A stretch of DNA of 64,000 nt, taken from assembly GCA_000091205.1 (NCBI GenBank), contig AP006501.2, one strand, 5' to 3'. A program made the translations under genes and the position numbers. This DNA comes from Cyanidioschyzon merolae. Taxonomy: Eukaryota. Within the stretch, counting starts at the first letter, position 1. Each line of letters begins with the position of its first letter. Positions 20,940 through 31,276 of the stretch are shown here, one piece after another. The notes under the pieces were generated by a model. That model saw only the letters and a list, made by a program, of their open reading frames with translations, was not told the DNA's origin and did no database searches.

Positions 20940-22200
20940 ACGGCAACACCCGTGTCGGATGAAAGTGGAACACTGGGCTGCTCGCATTGGTGCAGCTTTA
21001 CGATTTTTTCCGAACTTTTTTAGATGTAAAACCGCGGCTTTCGGAAAGAAGGAATATCGGCTTACGGGTTTATACGTAGTTTTAGGATTTTTGGGTGTCC
21101 TTATGGAATGGCTTCTTCGAACTTTGTCCGCTACAGCTCGTTTCGTCACCGGAATCCAGATGGGATTCTAGATCAGAATCTGGATGATTCGCAAAGTCGC
21201 CGAACATGAGTTCGAGAATCAGTCGACATCAGTTCCCGATTCATTCGAGCATGCCTCCAGTCTTCTACATTCCTTTCATGTTTCATGTTTAAACCAGATT
21301 TTCTTCAACTCTCCGATCTATGCCTTGCAAGGTGTTTCGTGGGCGCAGCAATTCGCACTTCTGGATTGACGACAAGAAAAACTCGCGGCCGTCGCTTGAC
21401 GACAAGTTCCAGAGCTCATGTCGAAAGCTCACCCAAGTCGTCACGTTTCGTAAACGATTCTGCTCGAAAGACGAGTCCTCCTCTATTTGTGGCCCTCTAC
21501 AAAACGACATTCGACTCCAGCACGACATCGCTTTTAGGGCTTGCTCCTAGAGGCTCCTATTTCCTCTGTTTGCGTCGAAACCGGATTCGGAGTCAGACTT
21601 GAGCCATCGCACCGATTGCTTCTAGTGGAGCGTTTGTCACCGCTGTGCACGAAGAGCGTGAAGACGAATCTTAATTTCTCGACACGTTCTCTGGTCTGGC
21701 TTTTCCTTCCGGTGCTCGTTTCATCATGGAAAACATCGCGTTCCACAAATCCTCTACCGAATGGAACAGCGTGTGCGTGTGTGTGCACCCGGCATCCTTC
21801 TCACAGAGGGATCCTCCAGAAAACACCTGTTACCATAGATTACGTCACCTGGCACGTAACTGGAGCAGGGCATCGAGGGGAGCCCCCTGTACCTGTCAAG
21901 GGATGTATCGAGCCATGAAGCAAGCCTTCTCGCATCAAATGGCGCTGGCCGAACGAACGAATGAGCGTGGTGAGCTTGTAGGAACACTTGACTTGGTCCA
22001 AGTGTCACCGATGCGACGGGCACATTGAGACTGTACGCATCGAAGAGGAAAATTGCAACTGACGCGTAGATCGCGACGACTTCCTGTGCACGAAATGCGT
22101 TGACAATAGCTGGAAACTGCGAATTCCGGACTTGAACGCTGACATCAACATCCTTCGACTTGTGAGAATGGAGCTGGAGAGACTAGCACATTTAAAGCCG
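20940..22200 (+). repeat. Dispersed approximately 1.3-kb repeat, copy R2.
   Basis: See R1. It lies in the same orientation, 3.0 kb downstream, and the two copies flank the HisA gene. Confidence 0.6.
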
Positions 22201-22323
22201 GGTATGAGAGAAAGCTAAAGTACGAGATTACAGAAAAAGCCTACCAATTCTGGTATCGTCGGCAATTGAGCAAGAAAGCGCTCCCAGGAGCCGAAACATC
22301 CCTGTTCGGCGCTGTGGACCTTC

Positions 22324-22339
22324 ACACACACACACACAG
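22324..22339. repeat. (CA)8 microsatellite.
   Basis: cacacacacacacaca, immediately 3' of the 22384-23805 gene. Confidence 0.9.
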
Positions 22340-22383
22340 ATATACAGCGGCTTTCTGCATTTTTCTCAGCCCAAAATGAGGTT

Positions 22384-23805
22384 TTAGACGAGATAACCTA
22401 CCTCGGGATACGTTTTGGCAAAGTACTGCGTCCACTGCTCCAGGCTGTGACGCTGCTCAGATGTGAGCATCTTGATATCGAGCGGTGGCTTCGTCGGATC
22501 CACCATCTCTGCGGAGAGGTCCGCAAACACCAGTGCTCGGCTGGCGTCGCGCCCTGCTAGGATGTGGTACGGCTCGCCTGCTCGATAGTGGTGCGCGGCC
22601 TGGGTCACATCGAACACCCGTCGATTCACAGCGACATAAATAGGACGCTCCGACTGAGATCCGTCAAACATTGCCAGTTCCTCTGTGGTGAACGGCCGAA
22701 CGGATGGCACCCTCTCCAGTGGTGAAGCTGTGCGCTCCCAAGCGCCGGCATCGCGCTTCGCAATCGTACCGTCGGCGCGGGGTGAACCCTTCTGGGCCAG
22801 CAATTTGCGAAAATATGTCCAACTGGTCTCGTTCGGTGTCATGTAATTCGACGGTGCGTGCATGTACTCTGGATGGTGTTCCTCGACGTATGCACGGACG
22901 TCCTCGGGTAGATCCTGGTACCCGTTCTCGAGCTTCTTCGTGAAGCAATGATACACGAGACGGCCAGGGCGTTCACCCATCTCCATCCAGGGTAGCCACT
23001 GACCCATGCGAACCCAACTGCCCTGGCATGGAACGGATACGAGATTCGAATCATGAAGATCATCCACGCGTGCGTAAAGTTGGAAGAGCTCCGCGCTCTC
23101 ATAAAAGGGGCTCGCTGACTCAGCGGGGAACTCGGATGGCGGCAACGGATTCGGGTAACGGAGGAAAATTTCAATATGCCAGCAGAGGTCTGCCCCGACG
23201 CGTGTGAACGGAACCAAGAATGGTTTGCCATCACGCGGATTCTTCTCCAGAAACTGCAGGTTGACCGGGTCGTTCCAAACGTGAACGACTTGATTCTCCA
23301 TTCCCGTGAACGGGTTGTTCCAAGTTCCGTGTAGAATTCGACGATTGTCCGGATCCCTATACAGTCCTACTTCGCGGGTGAGAATGCGCCAGCCGCCTTC
23401 TACTTTCACGCAGCGCGCGATATTGTAACCCTCGAAGCCGAGGATGTGTCGCGCACCCGCGTCAGCGATGTAGGCGTGAATCTCGCCGCCAAACCAAAAC
23501 ACGACTTCTTGATCCGGAACTAGGGACGCTCGAGTTTTGATAAAGGCTCGTAAGTTTTCCTCTGAGCTGTTGCCGATCTTCTCAACATCTATTTGCGGGC
23601 GTAGTGCGAGCAAGTCGCGAGCGCTCGTCACCAGAGCTCGTTGCTGCCCCTCGGGACCGTTCACCTGTTGTGCAAGCACCACTCGATGGCGTCTTGACCC
23701 CGCTTTTCTGTACACGGCGTCGTCTGCGTGCCGCAACGAACGACTTGGTCCATAATTCGTCCGCCTGAACGAACACGGTATTGTTATGTACATAGTCTGA
23801 ACCAT
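22384..23805 (-). CDS. Protein with a C-terminal MAPR-type cytochrome b5-like heme/steroid-binding domain. The N-terminal approximately 370-aa domain has unknown function.
   Basis: 473-aa ORF. The C-terminus …ELAMFDGSQSERPIYVAVNRRVFDVTQAAHHYRAGEPYHILAGRDASRAL… matches the MAPR/cytochrome b5-like signature (FDVT…Y…G.Y..FAG.DASR). Confidence 0.65.
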   Translation of the reverse strand: MVQTMYITIPCSFRRTNYGPSRSLRHADDAVYRKAGSRRHRVVLAQQVNGPEGQQRALVTSARDLLALRPQIDVEKIGNSSEENLRAFIKTRASLVPDQEVVFWFGGEIHAYIADAGARHILGFEGYNIARCVKVEGGWRILTREVGLYRDPDNRRILHGTWNNPFTGMENQVVHVWNDPVNLQFLEKNPRDGKPFLVPFTRVGADLCWHIEIFLRYPNPLPPSEFPAESASPFYESAELFQLYARVDDLHDSNLVSVPCQGSWVRMGQWLPWMEMGERPGRLVYHCFTKKLENGYQDLPEDVRAYVEEHHPEYMHAPSNYMTPNETSWTYFRKLLAQKGSPRADGTIAKRDAGAWERTASPLERVPSVRPFTTEELAMFDGSQSERPIYVAVNRRVFDVTQAAHHYRAGEPYHILAGRDASRALVFADLSAEMVDPTKPPLDIKMLTSEQRHSLEQWTQYFAKTYPEVGYLV

Positions 23806-23989
23806 AATTTCCTAAAACATGCCACAACGCGAGTCACCTTCCCTGAGGGTTCTCTCGACCATCCGTTGTACCGTTTTGCCTGGCGATGATGATGCTGATG
23901 GCGCTGGCTGCGGCGCCTATCGAGCGGTTGATGAAAACGATGCGCAGCGCGAGGCAGGCCGCGTACCGCCGCCTCCATCACCGTTCACG

Positions 23990-24520
23990 GGGGGAATGGA
24001 TGTGAAAAACGCCGCCCTCGGGCGCGCGAGGCGTGCGCCATGGAACGCACCGGCATCGCGACTGGCGGGTTTACACGTTCACCTGAATTGTGTTCCACAT
24101 CCAGATGCGTGCCATCCACTGCGTGTTCGCAGTGTACAGCAGATGCGTTCGAAGTGCGTTCATTTGAACAGATAAAAATCCAAGGGAAAGATATGGACGT
24201 GCAAGTCGAGGATCCTGAAGGGATTTCAAAGCTACCTGCTTGATAAAACCCTCATCTTGCTGATTATCAAAAGGCGAAGAAGTAGAAAAAGGAGGTAGGT
24301 GAGATAACGTGCGTGCTCGACGGGATGATGTCGAGACTGTAGTGGAACATGGGGCACCAGTCTGAAGACTCCTAGCGTTGACGAGTTCATCTAGCATCAA
24401 TATATGCAAGGAGTTCGTGAACTGCGACCCCATCACCACCATCAATATCAGATGACGTGTGGCGCTGAAGACGTGAGACCCCAGGAGCTGACGCGATCCA
24501 GTTTTATGGGGCAGCCTCTG
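23990..24520 (+). pseudogene. TnpB/Fanzor-like C-terminal fragment, copy D, with in-frame stops.
   Basis: ORF 24040..24243 (…TADAFEVRSFEQIKIQGKDMDVQVEDPEG…) and the frame at 24411 (EFVNCDPITTINIR*) align to copy A at about 85% nucleotide identity. Confidence 0.4.
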
Positions 24521-25813
24521 ATGCTCGGAATGTGCCTGGATAATAACTGAAGCCAATAGCAGCGGGTGCGCCGGTCAGAAAGGTTCGGGGGCGGGCAGGC
24601 GGCGCCTGCACGTCGGTATTCGTTTACCCCATATGATCGCGAAAAGGTTTCGCTCCACTGAGCGTATCTTGAATCTGTGATTCCACAAAATGCAACCACG
24701 ATTCCATTTCAAGTATTCGCAAAAGCTCATCGCCAATATGCAGCGACACCACCACTGGAGGACGGTGGCGTTTAAGCGCTTGGAGCAGTGTTGCAGATGC
24801 ATCTTATGCACGCGCTATTGGTACGTTCGTGTGCGTCACCCGAGCCAGGAAACAAAATGCTTTGGTAAAGCGTTCTTGATTCCGTGCAGCGTCCACACAG
24901 GCGTTATACGTGGTATGACACACCCTCACGTCAGGCTCGGTACCCGGCGGAGCACGCGAACGAACCGCTGTCTCTGAAGAGAAGTTTGTGGCAATTAGAG
25001 AAACCTGTCGATGGAGTGCGGCGTGATGGGTGCTCCCGCGACGGCGAATGCCACCTGCTCTGCCGGAGTTTTTCCAAGATGAAAGATCTTCCGATAGAGA
25101 AAATTCCTTCCACGTTGGATATCGCAAATTGCGGGCAATCGAGCAATTGCCCGCACGGAGATAGCGAGGCTGTCCCGTCTCGTAGCTAGGTGCGCGGTAT
25201 GCTCGGCACGCAGGGCACGGGGTTTACCACACCGAACCTGTACTTGCAACGAGAAGACCGGTCTGGGGCTTGTGGAACGTAGAAGCAACTGGAAGAGGAC
25301 CGCGGTCTCTTTCCTGGTAAACGGCGACATTCGTGCATCCGGATGTTCTGGTTTGAATCGTCGATCCCTTATCATCCAAAATACCGCCACTCGTTGTGCT
25401 CGTTGCAGTGCACGCGAACGTGCACACCATGGCTCGTGCTTCGCTACCAACCGCTGCGATGACTCGAGCGACGCATCGTGTGCTTCGACCCGAACGCCGA
25501 ACGCGATGCAGCCTCGCAATCACCAATAGTTGATGCACACATTGTTCTCGGCATGCGGCTCCGAGTACAGGATGGCGTCGTTTGCGCAGGAATGGTAGTC
25601 AAAATCCAAATGGAAACCTGTTTGCGGCACGAGTGCCAGCGAAACGCGAACGCGTACCGCGAGGATTATACAAGAGCATCACCCTTCGAGCGCGTCTCTT
25701 CTCCCCAGTGGTATCGGTGCTCTTACTAGGTAGCCTGCGTCACGCGTCATGCAAATCGCATATCTTCTCGAGATCACAGAAGCCGCCCTAATCGACTTTG
25801 GCGCTGGGCATTA

Positions 25814-27526
25814 TCAAGAAGTGGCTTGGTACACCAGTCCGGCGGATCGCTTGAAGGTGACCATGTGAAGCTCACGGTTTCGATCAAGCACGTACAGTGT
25901 AGTGTCCACAAAAAATATCGCACATACCGGAGCTTGAATCCTATCGTACAGACGTTGCAATTCAGAGCGACTGCCCCGTTGATTGTGTGCTGCAGCGTCG
26001 TGCGATAAATAGCGGGTAACTCGTCCAGACCAGCGATCAACGGCCAGGATGAGCAAACCTCCATCACGCGGCAAGAGCATGCCTATGCCAACCACAAGAA
26101 TGCCCAATGCAGGGCTAAATGCGTGGTAGCGTATTCCAAAGAGCGAGACCTGACGCACTCGGACATCGCGCGCAAGGTCCAGTGCCGCGATGCGCTCCGG
26201 ATGTACTGCATTAGGGTGCCGGCGTATCCGCCACACGGACACAACGCTGCCGGTGCCAATAAGCCAGACGCTTGTTTCCTGATACGCCCGAATGTGCCCA
26301 TCGAATGGCTTTTCTGTTAGAAACCCCTGGTGAACATCATCGACGGCAGCGGCGATATGGGCCTGCTCAAACGCATCCAAACAGGTGTCGATGGCGACGA
26401 GCTCGCTGGGTGCCGCCTCCGACGCCGACGCCGGCACCGACGCTGCAACCCTTGTATTCGCAGCCGCCTCGGGAGAGAGGAGCACGATTGCACCGGCATG
26501 CCAAAAGTACCACGGTATGGGTTCAATGAACCAGCCACCATCCCGCTGCATCCCGCCGGTGCCCAGCGAAACTCGAAATCGAACGCTTCCACGGGACTCG
26601 TGCGGTGGATCCCGCTCCACACCAGGCACAACACTAGTCCAGTGCGCCGTGCAGTCCAGAGACACCGAAGCGACCATACGAACATGCGCATCATCCACTG
26701 CAAAGCATTTCGCTCCGAATGAAACACAGGGAATGTTGTGTGCATGCTGTGCAAGCACCCTGCAGCGAATACGAATCTGTGAGGCGACGTACGGCAGGCA
26801 CGATGCGTCGTTTGGCGCCATCGTTGCCGGCATCACCCGCTCAGCCTCATACGCACATGTCTGCGTTCCTTCGGCACCTGCGAGACTAAACTCTAGCAAA
26901 TTCACCGTGTGTGCATTGCTGCCGTACACCAAGAGCGGAGCTTCAGCGCAAACTGAGGCCGACCAAGTCGAAGCCGCCGTCCGAATCTTCACTGGAAAAC
27001 AATCCCCGGATGATTGCTCGCTGGCATAAGGCCGAAAGATCACGATAGAGCCAGCGTCTTCCAAAAAATCTCCACAGCAGGCCACGACGACGAAACCGAG
27101 GCACGGCATCACGCCACAGGTCAAGTAATTGATGGCCTCGACGAGGCCAGCAACCGGACCCTGCTCGGTCTCTTCCGTGCTCCTGCCTGGACCCGACGCT
27201 GATACGGGAAAATAATCCACCGGACAGCGCAGGATGCGCCGCTCTCGCATGAAATCTCCATCGCGCTCAAACTCTAGGATACACGGAGCGATTTCACCGT
27301 TGAGAAAACGGTGACCCGCATCCACCCCATAAAATCGTCTTCCATCCGGACTGGGGCCGGTAAAGCAGCTCAGTCGAAAAGCATCCGGAAGACTATGAAT
27401 CGCGTCCAGTCTTTGGGTATGCAGTCGCACCTGGATGCCACGCGACGCCATGATTGCTCCATGCCACCTACGAACAGCGATAGGTTGGTGTCCGTCCGAG
27501 GCGCCGTAGACAGACGCTCGACGCAT
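25814..27526 (-). CDS. Hypothetical protein, 570 aa, with no recognisable motif.
   Basis: A long uninterrupted ORF in about 57% GC DNA, far above chance expectation. I could not recognise a domain by eye. Confidence 0.45.
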   Translation of the reverse strand: MRRASVYGASDGHQPIAVRRWHGAIMASRGIQVRLHTQRLDAIHSLPDAFRLSCFTGPSPDGRRFYGVDAGHRFLNGEIAPCILEFERDGDFMRERRILRCPVDYFPVSASGPGRSTEETEQGPVAGLVEAINYLTCGVMPCLGFVVVACCGDFLEDAGSIVIFRPYASEQSSGDCFPVKIRTAASTWSASVCAEAPLLVYGSNAHTVNLLEFSLAGAEGTQTCAYEAERVMPATMAPNDASCLPYVASQIRIRCRVLAQHAHNIPCVSFGAKCFAVDDAHVRMVASVSLDCTAHWTSVVPGVERDPPHESRGSVRFRVSLGTGGMQRDGGWFIEPIPWYFWHAGAIVLLSPEAAANTRVAASVPASASEAAPSELVAIDTCLDAFEQAHIAAAVDDVHQGFLTEKPFDGHIRAYQETSVWLIGTGSVVSVWRIRRHPNAVHPERIAALDLARDVRVRQVSLFGIRYHAFSPALGILVVGIGMLLPRDGGLLILAVDRWSGRVTRYLSHDAAAHNQRGSRSELQRLYDRIQAPVCAIFFVDTTLYVLDRNRELHMVTFKRSAGLVYQATS

Positions 27527-28354
27527 AGACCGTACAGAGCATCAAAAGCGGCGTCTGTCTTTCAAAGTACGAGCAGAACCGTACAGACTCGAGTCCGTTC
27601 GGCCTTACGGGCTGACGCAGGCCTATCGCACACCAGCGACGCACTCGGCAGCAGCTGCGCGGAGAGTCTGGTGCCGCCAGCGGTGCGTACAAGCTGGCTT
27701 TTGCACCAGTCCGGAACGCTGAAGCCTCTATGCAGGTATTCTATGGTTGATTTTCGAATTGCTCAGTAGTCTTCGTGCCGCTCTGGCTCGCAAATCGTCC
27801 AACCTTTGCATTTTGAAGCAGAAACGAAGCGAGCCGATGAACGCCGAGGCCGCGTTTCCGGAAAGCCGCTACCGCCGCCGCCGCACCTGTTTGCCGTCCC
27901 TGTTGAACGCGCCAGCAATGCTGTTCTGCGACGGAGAACCGTACTGAACGAACGATTGCGGTACCAGGCACACGTCCAGACTGAGACTCGTTTTCGTTGG
28001 TGCCGCTGTCGACACGAACGGTGTCGTGCGAGCCCCACGAAAGTCCTCAGGGCAGTGGCTGAGGCAGTGTGGCGGCGGCGGCGGCGGCCGTCCGCCCTCG
28101 GCGTTCATTTCCACGGAACACGTCTGGTGCCTGAGACTGCACCGTCGCGAGGCAGTTCACAGAGACGTTGTGGTCGTGAACATAAAGTTCTTCTCTGTGG
28201 AACGCTCTCGACGCGATAACTGGGGCCAGTTCGCGTGTCTGGTGCACCTGAACGCAATCCCTCCAGGAGTAACAGCGTCGCACGCTGCACCACCGTGGTG
28301 TGGCGTTGGGGTCCACGACGCCCGAGTACCCGCTGACGGAGGTAGTGACCCGAG

Positions 28355-30634
28355 ATGGCGGCTGCTTTTGCTGAACTCGGGCTCATGCCCGAGCTCATTC
28401 AAGCTATCGACGATATGGGTTGGGTTTTCCCGACACCTGTTCAATCGGAGGCGATTCCGCTGATCCTCGGCGGTGGTGATGTTTGCGTCGCCGCTCCGAC
28501 CGGCTCCGGAAAGACGGGCGCTTTCTGTTTGCCAACGCTCCAGATCGTTCACGAGACACTAAACTATACTTCAGCTGCCGATCAATCGCGATCGGGAGCC
28601 TCCTCGAACCCTGACAGATGGAAGATGAGCGCGCTTGATCGCGCACCGCACCTGATCCTGGACGCGAGCGGCTTGCTGTGCGCTTCCACAGAGCTCCACC
28701 AATGGAGTGGCGGTCGGGCGGCCTTTGGCATGCTACCATCGGCACGGGGCAAATGGTACTATGAAGTGCAGGTCCTTGGTGATGGACTTTGTCGGGTCGG
28801 TTGGAGCGCTGCTTGTTCGACGCTTGCGCTCGGCGAGGACGACTTGTCGTACGGATTCGGGGGCACTGCCAAGAAGTCTCATTGCGGAAAATTCGAGTCC
28901 TACGGGGGGGCATTCGGAAAGAACGATGTTGTCGGTGTGGCACTCGACTGGGAAAACGGTGAGATTTGGTTCTCAAAAAATGGTGAGCCGCTCGGTCGTG
29001 CGTTCAGCATTAACCGCAAAACTCTGGGCGATCGTGCACTATACCCGCATGTTTACTTGAAGAACAGTCAAGTGCGCGTCATCTTCAGCGACACGAGCTA
29101 TTTGCCTGGAGCTGGCTTCCGAGAAGTCGGCTCCGCAGGTCCACAAGAACGAACGACGCCTGAACGAGAAGGCGCTGTTGACTTGCAAGGCACGCACCGA
29201 CCCTCGAATGCACCGTTGATGCTGATCCTGGAGCCAACGCGAGAGCTGGCACTCCAAGTGCATCAGGAGCTGCACCGCTTTAGCCGCTTCCTCGACGAGG
29301 ACCAGACGTCGTCATCAGAGAAAGTACAGTGCGTCTTGTTCACAGGCGGCTCCGCGAGCCAAAACGAGGCACTCGGCGCTCCCCAGTCGCGAATCGATAT
29401 TGCAACCTGTACACCGGGGCGCCTGTTTGATGCGATACGTACCAAACAACTAGATGTACGGGCAGTGCGCTTTCTTGCCCTTGATGAGGTAGACGGGTTG
29501 TTGACAATGGGATGCGGTTCCCAGATTATGCAGTTGCTGGGCATGATTCCTCGTCAGGGTCGGCGGCATCGGCTCCAGATCATCATGTTTTCGGCGACCG
29601 TGAACGCACCACGGGTCCGTCAGCTCAGTGATCGAATCCAGGAGCACGCCACCTGGGTCGATGTACGCGGCCCAGAGACCGTTCCATCCACGGTGGATCA
29701 CCTGGTGGTGCGTATCGACCCGGGGACTGCCCTCCAGCTGGTACAGGAGGAGGAGGGGATAGCACCAGCACCAGCAGCATCGCTTCCAGCCACGGATGCG
29801 GTTCATGTTGGTGTGGACTATCGCGATGCGGAAACGGCCTCATTATCGCAGAGGATCAAACTTGCGAAACCTATTCTATGCCTGCGACTTTTAGAGGTCT
29901 TCCAGATGGACCAGGTGATGATCTTCTGTCGCACGCAACTCGACTGTGACTTGCTGCAGCAGTTCCTGGAGCAGCACGCAGCGATCCGAGGAGCGACTGC
30001 AACGCTGCATGCTGGACTCGCTGACCAGCAACGGCGGCAGCATTTCACTGCATTCAAAGAAGGCCAAGTGCGCATCCTGATCTGCACGGACGTTGCCGCC
30101 CGAGGTATTGATATCAGCGGTTTACCGTTCCTCATTAGTATGACGCTACCCGATGAGGTTGAAAACTACCTGCATCGCATTGGACGCGTCGGTCGCGCGG
30201 ATCGTCTAGGTCTCGCGATATCGCTCGTGAGTACTGTCCCTGAACGCGTCTGGTTTCACAGCTCGTGCCGCAAACGCGCCAAGGGCAAATGCCAGAACCG
30301 AGCCTTGACCACTGAGGGCGGCTGCACGATCTGGTACGATGAGTCGGAAATCCTCCGACGCCTCGAGGCCCAACTCGGGGAAGCGAACATGCCCGAAATC
30401 CTGGACGTGAACCAGGTATTGCAGGCGAAGGATCCGGCAGCGTTACAGGCGTATGTACGCGGCCTTGCCCAGTACGGTAGGAAGCGCGGAGAAATCGGAG
30501 CCGCCTGTGTCAACGCTGTAGATCCAGAGCTAGAACAACGGCTTCACCATACGCAACAAGTGGCCAGACGAGTGCAGGAACTAGAGAAAAACGTTCAGTG
30601 GCGTTTCCTCCGACGGCTGCAGAACGCTCGCTAG
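28355..30634 (+). CDS. DDX1: ATP-dependent RNA helicase DDX1 (DEAD-box helicase with an inserted SPRY domain).
   Basis: 759-aa single-exon ORF. The Q motif/motif I (…FPTPVQSEAIPLILGGGDVCVAAPTGSGKTGAF) is followed by a SPRY domain (GKWYYEVQVLGDGLCRVGWS…YGFGGTAKKSHCGKFESYGGAFGKNDVVGVALDWENGEIWFSKNGEPLG), then motif Ia (ILEPTRELA), a DEAD-variant (ALDEVD), SAT (MFSAT) and motif VI (HRIGRVGRA). This domain order is diagnostic of DDX1. Confidence 0.9.
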   Translation: MAAAFAELGLMPELIQAIDDMGWVFPTPVQSEAIPLILGGGDVCVAAPTGSGKTGAFCLPTLQIVHETLNYTSAADQSRSGASSNPDRWKMSALDRAPHLILDASGLLCASTELHQWSGGRAAFGMLPSARGKWYYEVQVLGDGLCRVGWSAACSTLALGEDDLSYGFGGTAKKSHCGKFESYGGAFGKNDVVGVALDWENGEIWFSKNGEPLGRAFSINRKTLGDRALYPHVYLKNSQVRVIFSDTSYLPGAGFREVGSAGPQERTTPEREGAVDLQGTHRPSNAPLMLILEPTRELALQVHQELHRFSRFLDEDQTSSSEKVQCVLFTGGSASQNEALGAPQSRIDIATCTPGRLFDAIRTKQLDVRAVRFLALDEVDGLLTMGCGSQIMQLLGMIPRQGRRHRLQIIMFSATVNAPRVRQLSDRIQEHATWVDVRGPETVPSTVDHLVVRIDPGTALQLVQEEEGIAPAPAASLPATDAVHVGVDYRDAETASLSQRIKLAKPILCLRLLEVFQMDQVMIFCRTQLDCDLLQQFLEQHAAIRGATATLHAGLADQQRRQHFTAFKEGQVRILICTDVAARGIDISGLPFLISMTLPDEVENYLHRIGRVGRADRLGLAISLVSTVPERVWFHSSCRKRAKGKCQNRALTTEGGCTIWYDESEILRRLEAQLGEANMPEILDVNQVLQAKDPAALQAYVRGLAQYGRKRGEIGAACVNAVDPELEQRLHHTQQVARRVQELEKNVQWRFLRRLQNAR

Positions 30635-31276
30635 GGAGTCAGCGGTGGCGCTGCGCAAACGGCAACAGCGACCGGCACCAAGCGCACCTGCATTAGACCA
30701 TACGAGTTGACGTCTCGTCCAAAACTCGTGATGCTCATGGTTCGCGTCGCTCACAAACGCTAGTCCGAGAAACTATGCTGAACGATGCCCCATGGGCTGT
30801 CCTCTTTCCGAATCCGTGAAAACGACGTCGTGTGTTGCGAACGCCCAGCGCGCCACTGTAGACGCGCACCAGACGACACTGAAGGCGGCACCACTCGACC
30901 AAGCCGCTGCAGCAGCATATCCGAGGATCGAGCACCAGCAAAGGCGCCCGACCTGTGTGAATGTGTACTAGGGACGGTGCATGTGGTAAAGCGCTCTGCT
31001 GTACAACTGGTGACAGCGAAAGCATGGAGCTTTTCACGCTCGGGTATGGAACGCGGCCTTTTGTCGCCTGCAGCGTGTCTGCACGCAGCGACACTCGTTT
31101 ACACGTGAAGAAGCACGCCCACCGATGAAAACCAACCATCCCGTGGTCTGCGAGAGCCCGAGAAATCAGTTCCCTCGCAACTCACCGCACTGGACTGCAC
31201 TGAACGTTTTGTACAATGCTGCAGTGCTGGCGCTTGAAGCCAGCTAGCACCAAAATCCACGTCCGTACCAAACCAT

